Shown piece after piece: positions 18,695 through 29,181 of a DNA stretch of 64,000 nucleotides. Origin of the DNA: Clostridia bacterium (GTDB lineage: Bacteria > Bacillota > Clostridia > RGIG6154). Every line of letters starts with the position of its first letter. Position 1 is the stretch's first letter. Below the pieces are notes generated by a model, which saw nothing but the letters and a program-made list of their open reading frames with translations, had not been told where the DNA came from and did not search any database. The DNA lies in NCBI GenBank assembly GCA_045593265.1, contig JAZNWH010000054.1, positions 28,832 through 92,831 on the forward strand. The letters run 5' to 3'. Position numbers and translations under genes: made by a program.

Positions 18695-19270
18695 ATGAAA
18701 AAGAAAAAGGTATTATTAATTTTAGGAATTGCAGTAGTAATGCTATTGTTAGGATATTTGGGGGACTTTGTTGTTAGTTTCCCATCTCCTGAAGAAGAAC
18801 GGTGGCTCAATATGAAAAAGTTTTTTTATGACGGAGATACATATACTGCCAAATTATTTGTTAAAATGGCAGATACTTATGGGGGAATACTGTCGGGTGA
18901 AGACCAGCAAACTTATATTTTCGATTTAAGAAGTAAGGAAGCATATGATGCAGGTCATATAGAAGGTGCAATCAATATTGATGCTGAAAAAGCTGATTTA
19001 GAATATATCATCGATAGAATACCAACGGATTATACTATATATGTTATTGGGGAAACCGATGAAGAAGCAAAAGCATTTATTACCAGGCTTAAAGAAGCTG
19101 ACGAAGAAGAGTATTCCTTATACGCTATCATTGGTGGATATGAGGAACTTAGAGAGACGAGAGGAATCAAAAAGTATATCACAACTCGCCCGGGATGTTT
19201 TGGCGATTTTTCCCGTACAGGAGCTACAAAAAAATTTAAGGAGCTTCTAAGTAAACAAGAAGGCAAATAA
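18695..19270 (+). CDS. Membrane-anchored rhodanese-domain protein
   Basis: 191 aa with an N-terminal transmembrane segment. IFDLRSKEAYDAGHIEGAINID is the rhodanese-fold signature. Confidence 0.6.
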   Translation: MKKKKVLLILGIAVVMLLLGYLGDFVVSFPSPEEERWLNMKKFFYDGDTYTAKLFVKMADTYGGILSGEDQQTYIFDLRSKEAYDAGHIEGAINIDAEKADLEYIIDRIPTDYTIYVIGETDEEAKAFITRLKEADEEEYSLYAIIGGYEELRETRGIKKYITTRPGCFGDFSRTGATKKFKELLSKQEGK

Positions 19271-19337
19271 TTATTATAGCTTGCAACATAAATAACAAAA
19301 TAAATGAATTTTTTTGTAAAACACGCAAGAAGCAAAT

Positions 19338-19368
19338 GGGACTGTAAAAACTATTGTTTTTACAGTCC
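19338..19368. terminator. Bidirectional terminator between rhodanese and upp
   Basis: gggactgtaaaaa-ctattg-tttttacagtccc. Confidence 0.7.
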
Positions 19369-19378
19369 CATCAGGTTT

Positions 19379-20008
19379 TTATTTTGTACCGAAAATTCTG
19401 TCTCCGGCATCGCCGAGTCCGGGAACGATATATCCGTTTTCGTTAAGCTTTTCGTCGATGTTGGCACAATAGATGTCCACATCAGGATGTGCTTTTGAAA
19501 GTGCTTCGACACCTTCGGGTGCAGCGATTAAACAAAGAAAACGTATCTGTTTACCACCCTTTGCCTTAATTTGAGTAATTGCATCAATTGCAGAACCACC
19601 CGTTGCAAGCATTGGGTCAACCACAACAATCATTCTTTCGTCAATATCAGGGGGAAGCTTACAGTAATAAGGATGGGGTACTAAGGTTTCCTCATCTCTG
19701 TACATACCGATATGTCCAACCTTTGCTATTGGAATGATATTTAAAAAGCCATTTACCATACCAAGTCCTGCTCTTAAAATAGGAACAACAGCGAGCTTTT
19801 TGCCTGCAAGCATTTTACACTTTGTTTTAACAAGCGGTGTTTCTATTTCTACATCTTCCATAGGAAGATCACGAAGTGCCTCATAGCACATAAGCATTGT
19901 AATTTCTTCTACCGATTCACGAAACTCCTTATTCGAAGTTTCTTTCATACGCAAAACAGTTGTTTTGTGCTGAATAAGGGGATGGTCAAATATTGTAACT
20001 TTACTCAT
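19379..20008 (-). CDS. upp: Uracil phosphoribosyltransferase
   Basis: 209 aa. [20 protein letters not shown]...[12 protein letters not shown]...[17 protein letters not shown]. Confidence 0.95.
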   Translation of the reverse strand: MSKVTIFDHPLIQHKTTVLRMKETSNKEFRESVEEITMLMCYEALRDLPMEDVEIETPLVKTKCKMLAGKKLAVVPILRAGLGMVNGFLNIIPIAKVGHIGMYRDEETLVPHPYYCKLPPDIDERMIVVVDPMLATGGSAIDAITQIKAKGGKQIRFLCLIAAPEGVEALSKAHPDVDIYCANIDEKLNENGYIVPGLGDAGDRIFGTK

Positions 20009-20022
20009 TATTCCCTCCAGAA

Positions 20023-21366
20023 TTATTCTTCATTATTTCCTTTTGACACAATTAAGTTAGTGATAATACCTAAAATTAATGCACATGCGATAGTTGTAAT
20101 CTTAACAGCACCAATCTGAAGTGCCATACCACCAATACCTGTGATAAGAATGACAGATACTACAAACAAGTTTTTATTAGCTGAAAGGTTAACACCTTGA
20201 ATCATTTTAAGACCTGATACAGCAATGAAACCGTAAAGAGTAATACAAACACCACCCATTACACAAGCAGGAATGGTTGCAAGGAATGTTACGAACGGAG
20301 CAACAAAGGATGCAATAATTGAGATTATTGCTGTTGTTATTATTGTAACAACAGATGCGTTTTTCGTAATAGCAACGCAAGCTACAGATTCACCATATGT
20401 TGTGTTAGGGCAACCTCCAAAAAATGCACCTACAACAGAGCCTATGCCATCACCAAGCAAAGTTCTGTGGAGGCCCGGGTCTTCAAGAAGCTCCTGGTCT
20501 ATAATACTTGAAAGGTTCTTGTGGTCTGCTATATGTTCTGCAAATACAACAAAAGCAACAGGAATATAGGCAACTGCAACTGTTGCTATATACTGACCGT
20601 CAATTCCTGACAAACCTTTTGCGGCATTCAGAAAAGTAAAGTCAGGATACCACTGCATATTTTCAAAAAGACCGAAATTGATAATCTGTAATGTTTCGTT
20701 ACCTGTCTTAATGCCGATAACTGTGAAAATTGCAGCAACAACATATCCTGCAAGGATACCAATAATGAAAGGAATAAGCTTAAGTCCTTTTTTACCGTAT
20801 ACTGAGCTTAACATAACGCCAAGAATTGTAACGATTGCACACACAAAACCAATCCAACCTTTTGCGTCCATAACATAAACTGAATTGGAAGCATCGTATG
20901 TGGCAAATTTCAAAACATCACCAACAGCATTACCTGCAAGTGAAAGACCGATAATTGCAACAGTAGGTCCGATAACTACTGCTGGCATAAGACGGCTTAT
21001 CCAGTTAACGCCGGCAAACTTTACGATAATTGCAATAATCACATAAACAAGAGCTGCAAAAGCAGCACCGATAATCAATCCTGCATAACCTGCTTCAACA
21101 CTCACTGCACCGGCAAATGCAGCAAACATAGAACCGATGAAAGCAAATGAAGAGCCTAAAAATACAGGACTTCTGAATTTTGTAAAAAGTAAATAAATAA
21201 TTGTACCTATACCTGCACCAAAAAGTGCCGCTGACTGAGACATACCGTTGCCGATAATTGCAGGAACTGCGATTGTTGCCGCTAAAATTGCAAGCAACTG
21301 CTGAAAAGCAAAAATCAGAACCTGTCCGAATTTGGGTTTATCTTTAACCCCGTAAATCATTTTCAT
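20023..21366 (-). CDS. Uracil/xanthine permease (NCS2 family)
   Basis: Polytopic protein with NCS2 motifs ([13 protein letters not shown]). It is adjacent to upp. The start is taken at [11 protein letters not shown], which has the RBS agggg and a TTGACA-17-TATATT promoter upstream. Confidence 0.8.
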   Translation of the reverse strand: MKMIYGVKDKPKFGQVLIFAFQQLLAILAATIAVPAIIGNGMSQSAALFGAGIGTIIYLLFTKFRSPVFLGSSFAFIGSMFAAFAGAVSVEAGYAGLIIGAAFAALVYVIIAIIVKFAGVNWISRLMPAVVIGPTVAIIGLSLAGNAVGDVLKFATYDASNSVYVMDAKGWIGFVCAIVTILGVMLSSVYGKKGLKLIPFIIGILAGYVVAAIFTVIGIKTGNETLQIINFGLFENMQWYPDFTFLNAAKGLSGIDGQYIATVAVAYIPVAFVVFAEHIADHKNLSSIIDQELLEDPGLHRTLLGDGIGSVVGAFFGGCPNTTYGESVACVAITKNASVVTIITTAIISIIASFVAPFVTFLATIPACVMGGVCITLYGFIAVSGLKMIQGVNLSANKNLFVVSVILITGIGGMALQIGAVKITTIACALILGIITNLIVSKGNNEE

Positions 21367-21484
21367 ATCTTTACACCCCTGTAAAAATTTTTTTATTTCA
21401 TTAGTTAATATAACAAAATTATCATTGTTTGTCAACCGAAAAACAGAAGATATGACAAAATTCTATTAAAAAAATAATGTGATA

Positions 21485-22207
21485 TTATACCTGTGCACCG
21501 GCACCCTCGCCGCCAAAGAATTCGCTGTATAATCCTGAGTTCGAAACAGGTTCATTTTTAATATATAAATGGGAGGTATCACCCATTTGCTTGCATTTAA
21601 AAACAAATTCACCCTTTACTCTTTCTTCTGTTATAAATTCGGTAACAGAAGATGTGGGAAGAAACATAGTTTGCCACAAAAGAACAGGGGAAATTCCTGT
21701 TAAGTGGGAGCTGATTACCATACCGACAGCAAAATGACAGAAAAGAGCAATTGTGTTATTGTTGTTTTCGCCTTTATAGATGATGTTTTCTCTTTTTGCA
21801 CCGTGGTGTGCCAACAGCATATCAAGATTTTGTGTAACAAAGTTATATTTTTCAGGCATATTTTCCGATGAATACAAAGCACTTTCTTCCCAGGTGTTAA
21901 TGTTGAAAATTTCTGTTTCCTTTTGCCAAATTCTCGGCAAAATGTTCCATGTATGTCTTGTTACACCGTCTAAATTTAATTTTCCCTCGAATTCGGTCAT
22001 CCAATCACATATTGTTATTTCTTTGTTGATTTTTTCAGCAGTAGGCTTTGCTGTTAAAACAGCCCTGGTGAGAGGGGAAGAATAAATGTGTGTTATGTTG
22101 CTGTTTTCCAATCTTTGTGAAAGATATTCAGCTTCCCTGAATCCTTTTTGAGTCAATGTGTTGTTGGGGTAATCAGGTTCGGCGTGTCTTATAAGAAGTA
22201 TTCGCAT
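21485..22207 (-). CDS. Histidine phosphatase family protein (phosphoglycerate-mutase-like)
   Basis: MRILLIRHAEPDY carries the RH catalytic motif. The start is taken at this Met. Confidence 0.7.
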   Translation of the reverse strand: MRILLIRHAEPDYPNNTLTQKGFREAEYLSQRLENSNITHIYSSPLTRAVLTAKPTAEKINKEITICDWMTEFEGKLNLDGVTRHTWNILPRIWQKETEIFNINTWEESALYSSENMPEKYNFVTQNLDMLLAHHGAKRENIIYKGENNNNTIALFCHFAVGMVISSHLTGISPVLLWQTMFLPTSSVTEFITEERVKGEFVFKCKQMGDTSHLYIKNEPVSNSGLYSEFFGGEGAGAQV

Positions 22208-22262
22208 ATAGTAAAACCTTTCTTTAAAAATATTTGCAGACAAAATAAAAACTAAAACAAAT

Positions 22263-23825
22263 TTATGGACAATTATATAGTCGTACCATCGTAGCGATTG
22301 CCTGTTCTACAGTGAAGTTTCCGTTTGGGTTAAATATTCTTTCTGATACACCATTCATAATATTCATTTCTTTCATACTTAAAACAGAGTTTGTCGCCCA
22401 ATCCGAAATGGCATCTTCATCATCGTATATTTTGACACTTGATTTTTTTATTGTTTTGTTTCCTAAAAACTCAGCAGTTCTGTAAAGAATAGTTGCCGCC
22501 TGTTCACGGGTTAAAAATTCATCAGGAGCAAAATTTCCATCACCTATACCAAAAATTATGCCTGCTCCTGATAAAAATTTAATTTTATCGTCATTGCAAT
22601 CCGAAAAAGATACCGAATTGATTTTATCAGTGAGTCTTCTTTCGTAAATTACGTTGTCAATGGCTGACCATTGACCCATTCTTGAATCACTTTCAGGAGA
22701 AAATTCAGTTGCTGTCAGTCTGTATATTAAATCACAAAATTCTGCTCTTGTTATATTTTTTGTATACTTATTGTCTGTCAATTCATAAGGTAATAAATTA
22801 CAAGCTGCAGCTTTCTGGATTTCAGGTTTTGCCCAACTGCTTGCCCCATCTGTAATCAATAAATTGCCTGTTGGTAAAATTTCTGCATCGTTCTTCGTGG
22901 CATCACGCAATGTATCAATGAAATTTTCAGATCTTTCATTAATATATTTATTTACCAGTTTGGTATCTGCTATGTGCAAAGCATTACGTCCGTTGCCTAT
23001 ATACGGCAAATACCATATATAATTTTTCTTTGTTTCTCCGTGGGATTGGCAGGGTTCTCCGTAAATACCAACCATAACACCACCATTAGGATACACGATA
23101 AACGTTTTATTTCTATCTTTTGTCCAAAGCTTTATATAATACTCATAAAAGCTACTGTCATGAGGAGCAATTACTCTGTCGTAGGGGGCAAAGTCCCAAT
23201 ATTTATCAAGCCATTCTTTTAAATCTTCAAACTCGATATCTGCACACTTTCCGTCATTTCTTACCATTACAGCATATGCAATATCTTCAATATCATTAAG
23301 TCCCAATACATTATGGAATGGTTGTCCTACAGGGAGAAAGCCTGTGCTGTCAAAATTTATGGAGATAGTATGATTATTTACATCCCAATTGTAACTGCCA
23401 TATTTTGCAAGCTCATCACTTTGTACTAAAACCGTTCCGTCTTCAAGCTCATATACATTTGCAGGAATATCTGAATCAAGATAAACTTTTGCATCTGTTG
23501 TATAAACTTTTGTATTATTCTTGTAATGCTCGGCAGTATAAGTAAATTCAGGTACAAATTCAGCTATCCCGTTTCTTCTCAGAATATAGTCTTTATATCC
23601 GTTGTCGTTATTATATAATACATCAAAGCCATAATATTCAAGATGCTCAACAGGTATATATACAAATTCGTTTGGCAGCTGTGCTGCACAAACAGAATTC
23701 CCGTTTATAAAAAGCATATTATCCTTAACAACTGTTTCACCAACAAATTCACGTTCTGCCAATGCAGTCGTTGATAAAGAAAATATTATAATGATGGAAA
23801 TAATAAGTGATATAAACTTTTTCAT
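22263..23825 (-). CDS. Cell-wall-anchored protein with three C-terminal SLH domains
   Basis: Has a signal peptide. The C-terminal repeats read WAKPEIQKAAACNLLP..ITRAEFCDLIYRL, FSD..KIKFLSGAGIIFGIGDGNFAPDEFLTREQAATILYR and ISDWATNSVLSMKEMNIMNG...FTVEQAIATMVRL. Confidence 0.7.
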   Translation of the reverse strand: MKKFISLIISIIIIFSLSTTALAEREFVGETVVKDNMLFINGNSVCAAQLPNEFVYIPVEHLEYYGFDVLYNNDNGYKDYILRRNGIAEFVPEFTYTAEHYKNNTKVYTTDAKVYLDSDIPANVYELEDGTVLVQSDELAKYGSYNWDVNNHTISINFDSTGFLPVGQPFHNVLGLNDIEDIAYAVMVRNDGKCADIEFEDLKEWLDKYWDFAPYDRVIAPHDSSFYEYYIKLWTKDRNKTFIVYPNGGVMVGIYGEPCQSHGETKKNYIWYLPYIGNGRNALHIADTKLVNKYINERSENFIDTLRDATKNDAEILPTGNLLITDGASSWAKPEIQKAAACNLLPYELTDNKYTKNITRAEFCDLIYRLTATEFSPESDSRMGQWSAIDNVIYERRLTDKINSVSFSDCNDDKIKFLSGAGIIFGIGDGNFAPDEFLTREQAATILYRTAEFLGNKTIKKSSVKIYDDEDAISDWATNSVLSMKEMNIMNGVSERIFNPNGNFTVEQAIATMVRLYNCP

Positions 23826-24036
23826 TTTATCTTCCTCTTTCACATAGCGCTTTTATCTTTGACGAAATCATTATGTCATAAGTGCAAACCGCAATCGGTT
23901 TGCTTCAAGTCGGTACAATAATTACATAATTATTATATCATATCTGTTTTTTGCAGTCAACAAAGCTTGACATCAGAATTACAGCTTAATAAAAATCTGC
24001 CCCACTAAAAAGTGAGACAGACTCTTTTAATAAACT

Positions 24037-26310
24037 TTATTTTTCTTTGGAATCATTCTGACGAATTTCTACTCTTCTTATTTTTCCGCTTATTGTCTTA
24101 GGAAGCTCTTCCACGAAATCAACTATTCTTGGATACTTATATGGAGCGGTGTGAGTTTTAACGTATGTCTGAATTTCCTTTTTCAGTTCCTCTGTACCTT
24201 CGGTTCCTTTTACAAGAACTATAGTAGCTTTAACAACCTGACCGCGAACAGGGTCGGGAGCAGCTGTGATTGCACATTCCAAAACGTATGGAAGCTCCAT
24301 TATTACACTTTCTATTTCGAAAGGTCCGATTCTGTAGCCTGATGATTTGATTACATCATCAATTCTTCCTACATAGTTGAAGTAACCGTCTTCATCTTTG
24401 GTTGCCTGGTCGCCTGTGTGATAGTAACCATCATACCAGGCTTCTTTGGTTTTTTCATCATCAAGATAGTAACCCAGGAAAAGACCGCAAGGTGTTTTTT
24501 TAGATGTTCTGATGCAGATTTCACCTGTTTCACCTGCTTTACATTCTTTTCCTTCACCGTTTAAAAGAACAACATCGTAAAGGGGACTTGGTTTACCCAT
24601 TGAACCGATTTTCGGTACAGTTCCCACAAGATTTGCAAGAACAAGAGTTGTTTCGGTCTGACCGAAGCCTTCCATAATTTTAAGACCTGTTGCTTTTTTG
24701 AACTGATTGAATACCTCAGGGTTCAAAGCTTCCCCTGCTGTTGTTGCATATTCTATTGATGTAAGGTCGTATTTTGATAAATCTTCCTTTATAAAGAAAC
24801 GGTACATTGTAGGAGGTGCACAGAATGTTGTTATACCATATTTTGCAAACATAGGAAGAATTTCTTCCGATTTAAATCTGTCAAAGTCATAGGTAAATAC
24901 TGCCGCTTCGCTAAGCCACTGACCGTATAATTTACCCCATAAAGCTTTACCCCAGCCTGTATCTGAAATTGTAAAGTGAAGTCCGTCAGGGTTTACATTA
25001 TGCCAATATTTTGCAGTGATATAATGTCCTAATGCATACTTATATGAATGGCTGGCGATTTTAGGATAGCCTGTTGTTCCTGATGTGAAGAACATAAGCA
25101 TAGGGTCATTTCCGCAAGGTGAGTTTTCTGTTCTCTTATAAACATCGCTCTGAAGCGTAAGCTCACTGTTGAAGTCGTGCCAGGAGTCTCTCTTCTCGCC
25201 TACGGAAATCTTTATCATATCAGGGAAATTCTTTGATGCAAGCTCTACCTGATTTGCAACATCTCCGTCAGATGTACAAACAATGGCTTTTACACCTGCT
25301 GCTTTGAAACGATAGTCAAAATCATGTTCAACAAGCTGATTTGTTGCAGGAATTACTATTGCACCGATTTTGTGAAGTGCTAAGATTGAGAACCAGAACT
25401 GATAATGTCTTTTCAAAACGAGCATTACTCTGTCGCCTTTTTTGATACCTAAAGACTCAAAGTAGTTTGCAGTCATATTTGAATATTTTTTCATATCCCC
25501 AAAGGTGAACCTGTGTTCTGTTTTACGGTCGCTTGATACCCAAAGCATTGCAAGCTTATCAGGGTTTTTTTCTGCTATTCTGTCAACACAGTCGAAAGCA
25601 AAGTTGAATTTATCTTCATTTTTGAATTTGATATCTGTAAGTACGCCTTTTTCGTCAGTCTTTGTTTTAATAAATCTGCTTGCAACAGCTGAATCGCTTG
25701 AATGAACAACTTCAGGCTCTACATCCATTTCGGAAACAGGCTTTCCATCGGCAGTAGATTTTACAACAAAGGCATAGATTTCTGCATCCTTGCCACCTGT
25801 TGCAGAAATTGCATGAGGATATGAGCTGTTATAATAAATTGTGTCGCCTTCTTTTAAAATTTCAACACGGTCATTTATCTGGATGCGGATTTTGCCCTTT
25901 ATAACAATATCCACTTCCTGACCTTCGTGAGAACTGAATACAGGCTCGTCATCAGGATTGTATGGAATTGTAACAAAGAACGGTTCAACAGCCTTACCCT
26001 TGAAACGGGGTGAAAGGTTGTTATAAACGTGCCCTGAACGTTTTACAATAGCAGAGCCTTCGCCCTTTCTTGTAACTGTGTAAAGCGAAAGATTAGGACT
26101 GCTTCCTTCAAGAATGTCCTTCATTTCAACCTTGAATACATCAGCACACTTGTAAATGAAGTTAAAGTTAAAATCAACTTCACCCTTTTCGAGCTCTTTG
26201 TATTCGCTTTCTGTTACACCTGTGCGTTCTGCCATTTCTTTCTCGGACAGTGCCGCAATTTCACGAAGTGTTTTGATTCTTTCTGCTACTTCCTTTAACT
26301 GATAACTCAT
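24037..26310 (-). CDS. Fusion protein: XRE HTH plus cupin plus AMP-forming acyl-CoA synthetase/ligase
   Basis: 757 aa. The N-terminus is an HTH (LREIAALSEKEMAERTGVTESEYKELEKGE), followed by a cupin (GDTIYYNSSYPHAI). The ligase part has AMP-binding motifs (FFTSGTTGYPK, YHTGD, SGKIRR). Confidence 0.8.
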   Translation of the reverse strand: MSYQLKEVAERIKTLREIAALSEKEMAERTGVTESEYKELEKGEVDFNFNFIYKCADVFKVEMKDILEGSSPNLSLYTVTRKGEGSAIVKRSGHVYNNLSPRFKGKAVEPFFVTIPYNPDDEPVFSSHEGQEVDIVIKGKIRIQINDRVEILKEGDTIYYNSSYPHAISATGGKDAEIYAFVVKSTADGKPVSEMDVEPEVVHSSDSAVASRFIKTKTDEKGVLTDIKFKNEDKFNFAFDCVDRIAEKNPDKLAMLWVSSDRKTEHRFTFGDMKKYSNMTANYFESLGIKKGDRVMLVLKRHYQFWFSILALHKIGAIVIPATNQLVEHDFDYRFKAAGVKAIVCTSDGDVANQVELASKNFPDMIKISVGEKRDSWHDFNSELTLQSDVYKRTENSPCGNDPMLMFFTSGTTGYPKIASHSYKYALGHYITAKYWHNVNPDGLHFTISDTGWGKALWGKLYGQWLSEAAVFTYDFDRFKSEEILPMFAKYGITTFCAPPTMYRFFIKEDLSKYDLTSIEYATTAGEALNPEVFNQFKKATGLKIMEGFGQTETTLVLANLVGTVPKIGSMGKPSPLYDVVLLNGEGKECKAGETGEICIRTSKKTPCGLFLGYYLDDEKTKEAWYDGYYHTGDQATKDEDGYFNYVGRIDDVIKSSGYRIGPFEIESVIMELPYVLECAITAAPDPVRGQVVKATIVLVKGTEGTEELKKEIQTYVKTHTAPYKYPRIVDFVEELPKTISGKIRRVEIRQNDSKEK

Positions 26311-26324
26311 AAAATTTTACTCCT

Positions 26325-26634
26325 TTCAGGGACGATTAAAAACAAAAATCGTCCCAAACAAATTTTTTGTTTGAGACGAATATTATATACTATATCCGCG
26401 GTACCACTCAAATTGCACAAAACTTGTGCCGCTTAGCAGGCTCCATCAAGCCCTCTGCCTTAACGATGCAGCTCTCGGAGAGGTTTACTTGCTTAAATCA
26501 CTTTCAACCCTCGGCTCGGAAGTGATAAGTCATTGGAAAAACTTGTTATTGGCTCGCAGCAACCGCCAACTCTCTCAAAACGCCTTAATCCGACCGTCTT
26601 CGTCATAGCCTTTGTTTATTAAATTTTACGATTG
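26325..26634 (-). promoter_or_regulatory. T-box riboswitch leader (probable Ile specifier AUC)
   Basis: All features are on the minus strand. The K-turn base is GGCUAUGACGAAG..CUUCCGAGCC. There is an AGAGAG bulge and a distal loop GGUUGCUGCGA. Stem III is GCACAAGUUUUGUGC. The T-box sequence is AAUUUGAGUGGUACCGCGG (plus-strand 26396-26414). The terminator is CGUCUCAAACA/UGUUUGGGACG plus a U-run. Confidence 0.8.
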
Positions 26635-26639
26635 AGATA

Positions 26640-26668
26640 ATTATATATCAACTTTTTTCATTTGTCAA
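26640..26668 (-). promoter_or_regulatory. Consensus sigma-A promoter for the T-box leader
   Basis: TTGACA-17-TATAAT on the minus strand. Confidence 0.7.
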
Positions 26669-26677
26669 GCATTTTTT

Positions 26678-27850
26678 TTATATTCTTGCAACGCCGGTAT
26701 CTTTTGCAGCTTCAGCTACTGCTTCTGCAACAGCTTTTCCGACTCTCATATCAAATGCCTTTGGTATTATGTAATCAGCCTTTAGTTCGCTGTCTTGAAT
26801 TAATTCAGCAATAGCAACCGATGCCGCCATTTTCATTTCATCATTTATGGTTGATGCACGAACTGATAATGCACCTTTGAATATTCCCGGGAAAGCCAGA
26901 ACATTGTTAATCTGATTTTCAAAATCGCTTCTGCCTGTTCCCACAATGAAAGCCCCTGCTTTTTTTGCAAGGTCAGGCATAATTTCAGGGACAGGGTTAG
27001 CCATAGGAAATACAATTGACTTTTCGTTCATAGACTTAACCATTTCTTCCGAAACAATATTCGGCGCAGAAACCCCGATAAATACATCTGCTCCCTTTAA
27101 AGCATCGGAAAGTGTTCCCTTAAGCTTTTCGGGATTGGTTTTTTTCGCCATTTCCTTTTGAGCATCAGTAATTCTTTCATCACTTTCGTCTAAAATTCCG
27201 AAACGGTCGCACATAACAAGATTTTTAACACCTAAATTCATTAGGTGAATACCTATTGCTGTACCTGCACTTCCTGCTCCGTTAATTACTACACGAACTT
27301 TTCCGATTTCCTTACCTGCAACCTTAAGAGCGTTAATGAGTGCTGATGCAACAACTATAGCTGTTCCGTGCTGGTCATCGTGAAAAACGGGAATGTCGCA
27401 TAATTCTTTTAACTTTCTTTCAATTTCAAAGCAACGGGGAGCGGCAATATCTTCTAAATTTATACCACCGAAGCTTCCTGAAATATTGTATACTGTCTGT
27501 ACAAACTCGTCAACATCTTTAGTCTTAACGCAAAGAGGAAAAGCATCCACATCTGCAAATTCTTTGAAAAGAACGCATTTTCCTTCCATAACAGGCATAC
27601 CTGCCTCAGGGCCGATATCTCCAAGCCCTAAAACTGCAGTTCCGTCAGTTATAACAGCAACAATATTGCTTCTTCTTGTTAATGTATAAGAACAATCAAT
27701 ATCCTTTTGAATTTCAAGACAGGGCTGAGCAACTCCCGGAGTATACGCAAGGGACAAATCCTCAGAATTTTCCACTTTCACACGGGATACAACCTCAATC
27801 TTTCCACCCCATTGTTTATGCTTTTCTAACGCCTTTTCTCCTATTGTCAT
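26678..27850 (-). CDS. NAD(P)-dependent malic enzyme (short form)
   Basis: 390 aa. KIEVVSRVKVENSEDLSLAYTPGVA...VVITDGTAVLGLGDIGPEAGMPVMEGK...FHDDQHGTAIV. Confidence 0.9.
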   Translation of the reverse strand: MTIGEKALEKHKQWGGKIEVVSRVKVENSEDLSLAYTPGVAQPCLEIQKDIDCSYTLTRRSNIVAVITDGTAVLGLGDIGPEAGMPVMEGKCVLFKEFADVDAFPLCVKTKDVDEFVQTVYNISGSFGGINLEDIAAPRCFEIERKLKELCDIPVFHDDQHGTAIVVASALINALKVAGKEIGKVRVVINGAGSAGTAIGIHLMNLGVKNLVMCDRFGILDESDERITDAQKEMAKKTNPEKLKGTLSDALKGADVFIGVSAPNIVSEEMVKSMNEKSIVFPMANPVPEIMPDLAKKAGAFIVGTGRSDFENQINNVLAFPGIFKGALSVRASTINDEMKMAASVAIAELIQDSELKADYIIPKAFDMRVGKAVAEAVAEAAKDTGVARI

Positions 27851-27904
27851 AATTTTTGTCCTTTCTGATTATATTTTTTAGTTGTAAATTGTTTAATATC
27901 AGGT

Positions 27905-28165
27905 TCATTCTTCCTTTTTCAATGACTCTCCGCAATGGGGACAATAATCAAAATTACTTCCCCTGACATTTAAAAGAGAGTAATTGCAATGGGGACACCG
28001 ATAAAACAAAAGAGCCTGAAACAATGCTGCCACAAACAAAATTGTTCCGATAGTCAAAAATATGCCCATTGTTTTTTCACTTTCAAAATGACTGCCGAGC
28101 AACATAATAACTATGCTGACAACAAAGCCTGTCAGCATCAGGATTCTGCTTTTACGAAAATCCAT
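27905..28165 (-). CDS. Small membrane protein with a C-terminal zinc ribbon
   Basis: 86 aa with two transmembrane segments and a CPHC..N12..CPHC motif. Confidence 0.45.
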   Translation of the reverse strand: MDFRKSRILMLTGFVVSIVIMLLGSHFESEKTMGIFLTIGTILFVAALFQALLFYRCPHCNYSLLNVRGSNFDYCPHCGESLKKEE

Positions 28166-28237
28166 CCCGCCAGCTCCTTTTTCCCTTTATGTAAATATAT
28201 TCTGAATTCTTATGAGACTAAAAATTCAAGTTATTTA

Positions 28238-28266
28238 TTGACTGTCATATAAATGTATGCTATAAT
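28238..28266 (+). promoter_or_regulatory. Consensus sigma-A promoter (TTGACT-17-TATAAT)
   Basis: ttgact gtcatataaatgtatgc tataat. It points away from the 27905 gene. Confidence 0.65.
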
Positions 28267-28272
28267 ACCCTT

Positions 28273-28430
28273 ACCACACAAATTGAATATATTCTCGGGA
28301 AAGCATTTTTATTTTGCAAAAAAATGCATTCTCTATTTTGCTTTCTTTGAGATTAGTAAAACGATTTGTGTGGTAACAAACAAGAGTTATGCATTTTTTG
28401 GTGCATCAACTTCTGTTGGTGCACTTTTTT
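28273..28430 (+). ncRNA. Candidate stand-alone ~160-nt structured sRNA (unclassified), paralogous to the 18426 leader
   Basis: Closing helix ttaccacacaaat / atttgtgtggtaa. The inner helix is tctcgggaaagca / tgctttctttgaga. The apical hairpin is gcattttt..aaaaatgc. The terminator is ggtgcatcaac-ttct-gttggtgcac plus tttttt. No plus-strand ORF follows for about 1.7 kb. Confidence 0.45.
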
Positions 28431-28843
28431 GATTTGCATACTTTATTTCAAAAGGTTGCCACACACTTTGACTAAATCCGCCCATGTGGCAGATTTTTTC
28501 ATTTAATAAAAGACTTGTAAACTTATTTTAACATAAAAAAGCTTATAAATCAATACAAGCCGGCATTAAAAATGAATAAAAAAATACGGCACAACCATAA
28601 AGGAATATGCCGTTTCTCAAAAAAAGAGAAAAATAAGTATGAAAAAATGGTAAACTGACAACGACCATAGCCGTTGCGGTATTTAATATGCTCGAGGCAT
28701 ACTAAAACTAAATTTAAAACTGCAAAATCTGTGTCTGTTAACATTTGCACGACTTCGCAAAGTTCATTTTAACATACAAGAAACGTAAGATATTTACACA
28801 AAAGGGCAAAATTTTTACACTTTTCGTTTTGAATTCTTATAAG

Positions 28844-28890
28844 AAAGAGGTGCTGATATATCCAAAAGATAGAAATATCAACACCTCTTT
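28844..28890. terminator. Strong hairpin terminator (bidirectional)
   Basis: aaagaggtg...cacctcttt is followed by gtttttttt on the plus strand. It also lies just downstream of the minus-strand ORF stop at 28898. Confidence 0.6.
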
Positions 28891-28897
28891 GTTTTTT

Positions 28898-29179
28898 TTA
28901 GAAATATTCACTTAAAAGGAGAATTGCCAGAGCTATGATGGTGGGCATATCCTTTTTCTCCTCGGTAAGCATCAGTATTAAAATTACCACCAGCAAAATA
29001 TCATCAGTTTTTAATCCTGAAAGAAAAGAATTGGCAGACTGAATATGAGCGGGTGAAGCATCTTTCGGGACATCTTGTGCTAAAGCATTGTCTTTCTCTG
29101 CTCCGAGAACAGGAAAATCTTCTGCTCTCGGCACAACTCCCGAAAAATTTTCATACTGTCTTTGATACTTTCTTTCCAA
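28898..29179 (-). CDS. Hypothetical small protein with a C-terminal transmembrane segment
   Basis: 93 aa. Last gene of a tightly packed three-gene operon. Confidence 0.4.
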   Translation of the reverse strand: MERKYQRQYENFSGVVPRAEDFPVLGAEKDNALAQDVPKDASPAHIQSANSFLSGLKTDDILLVVILILMLTEEKKDMPTIIALAILLLSEYF

Positions 29180-29181
29180 AA

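Noticed and set aside
26329-26355. The hairpin GGGACGATT...AATCGTCCC next to the T-box terminator shares 8 nt of stem with the REP element GGGACGATG...CATCGTCCC.
   Set aside because: Only the short stem matches. The loop and flanks differ, and the hairpin is explained by T-box expression-platform structure. It is probably coincidence.
26426-26608. A 60-aa plus-strand ORF between the acyl-CoA ligase gene and the malic enzyme gene.
   Set aside because: The region is fully explained as the minus-strand T-box leader, with its conserved T-box sequence, stem I elements and terminator.
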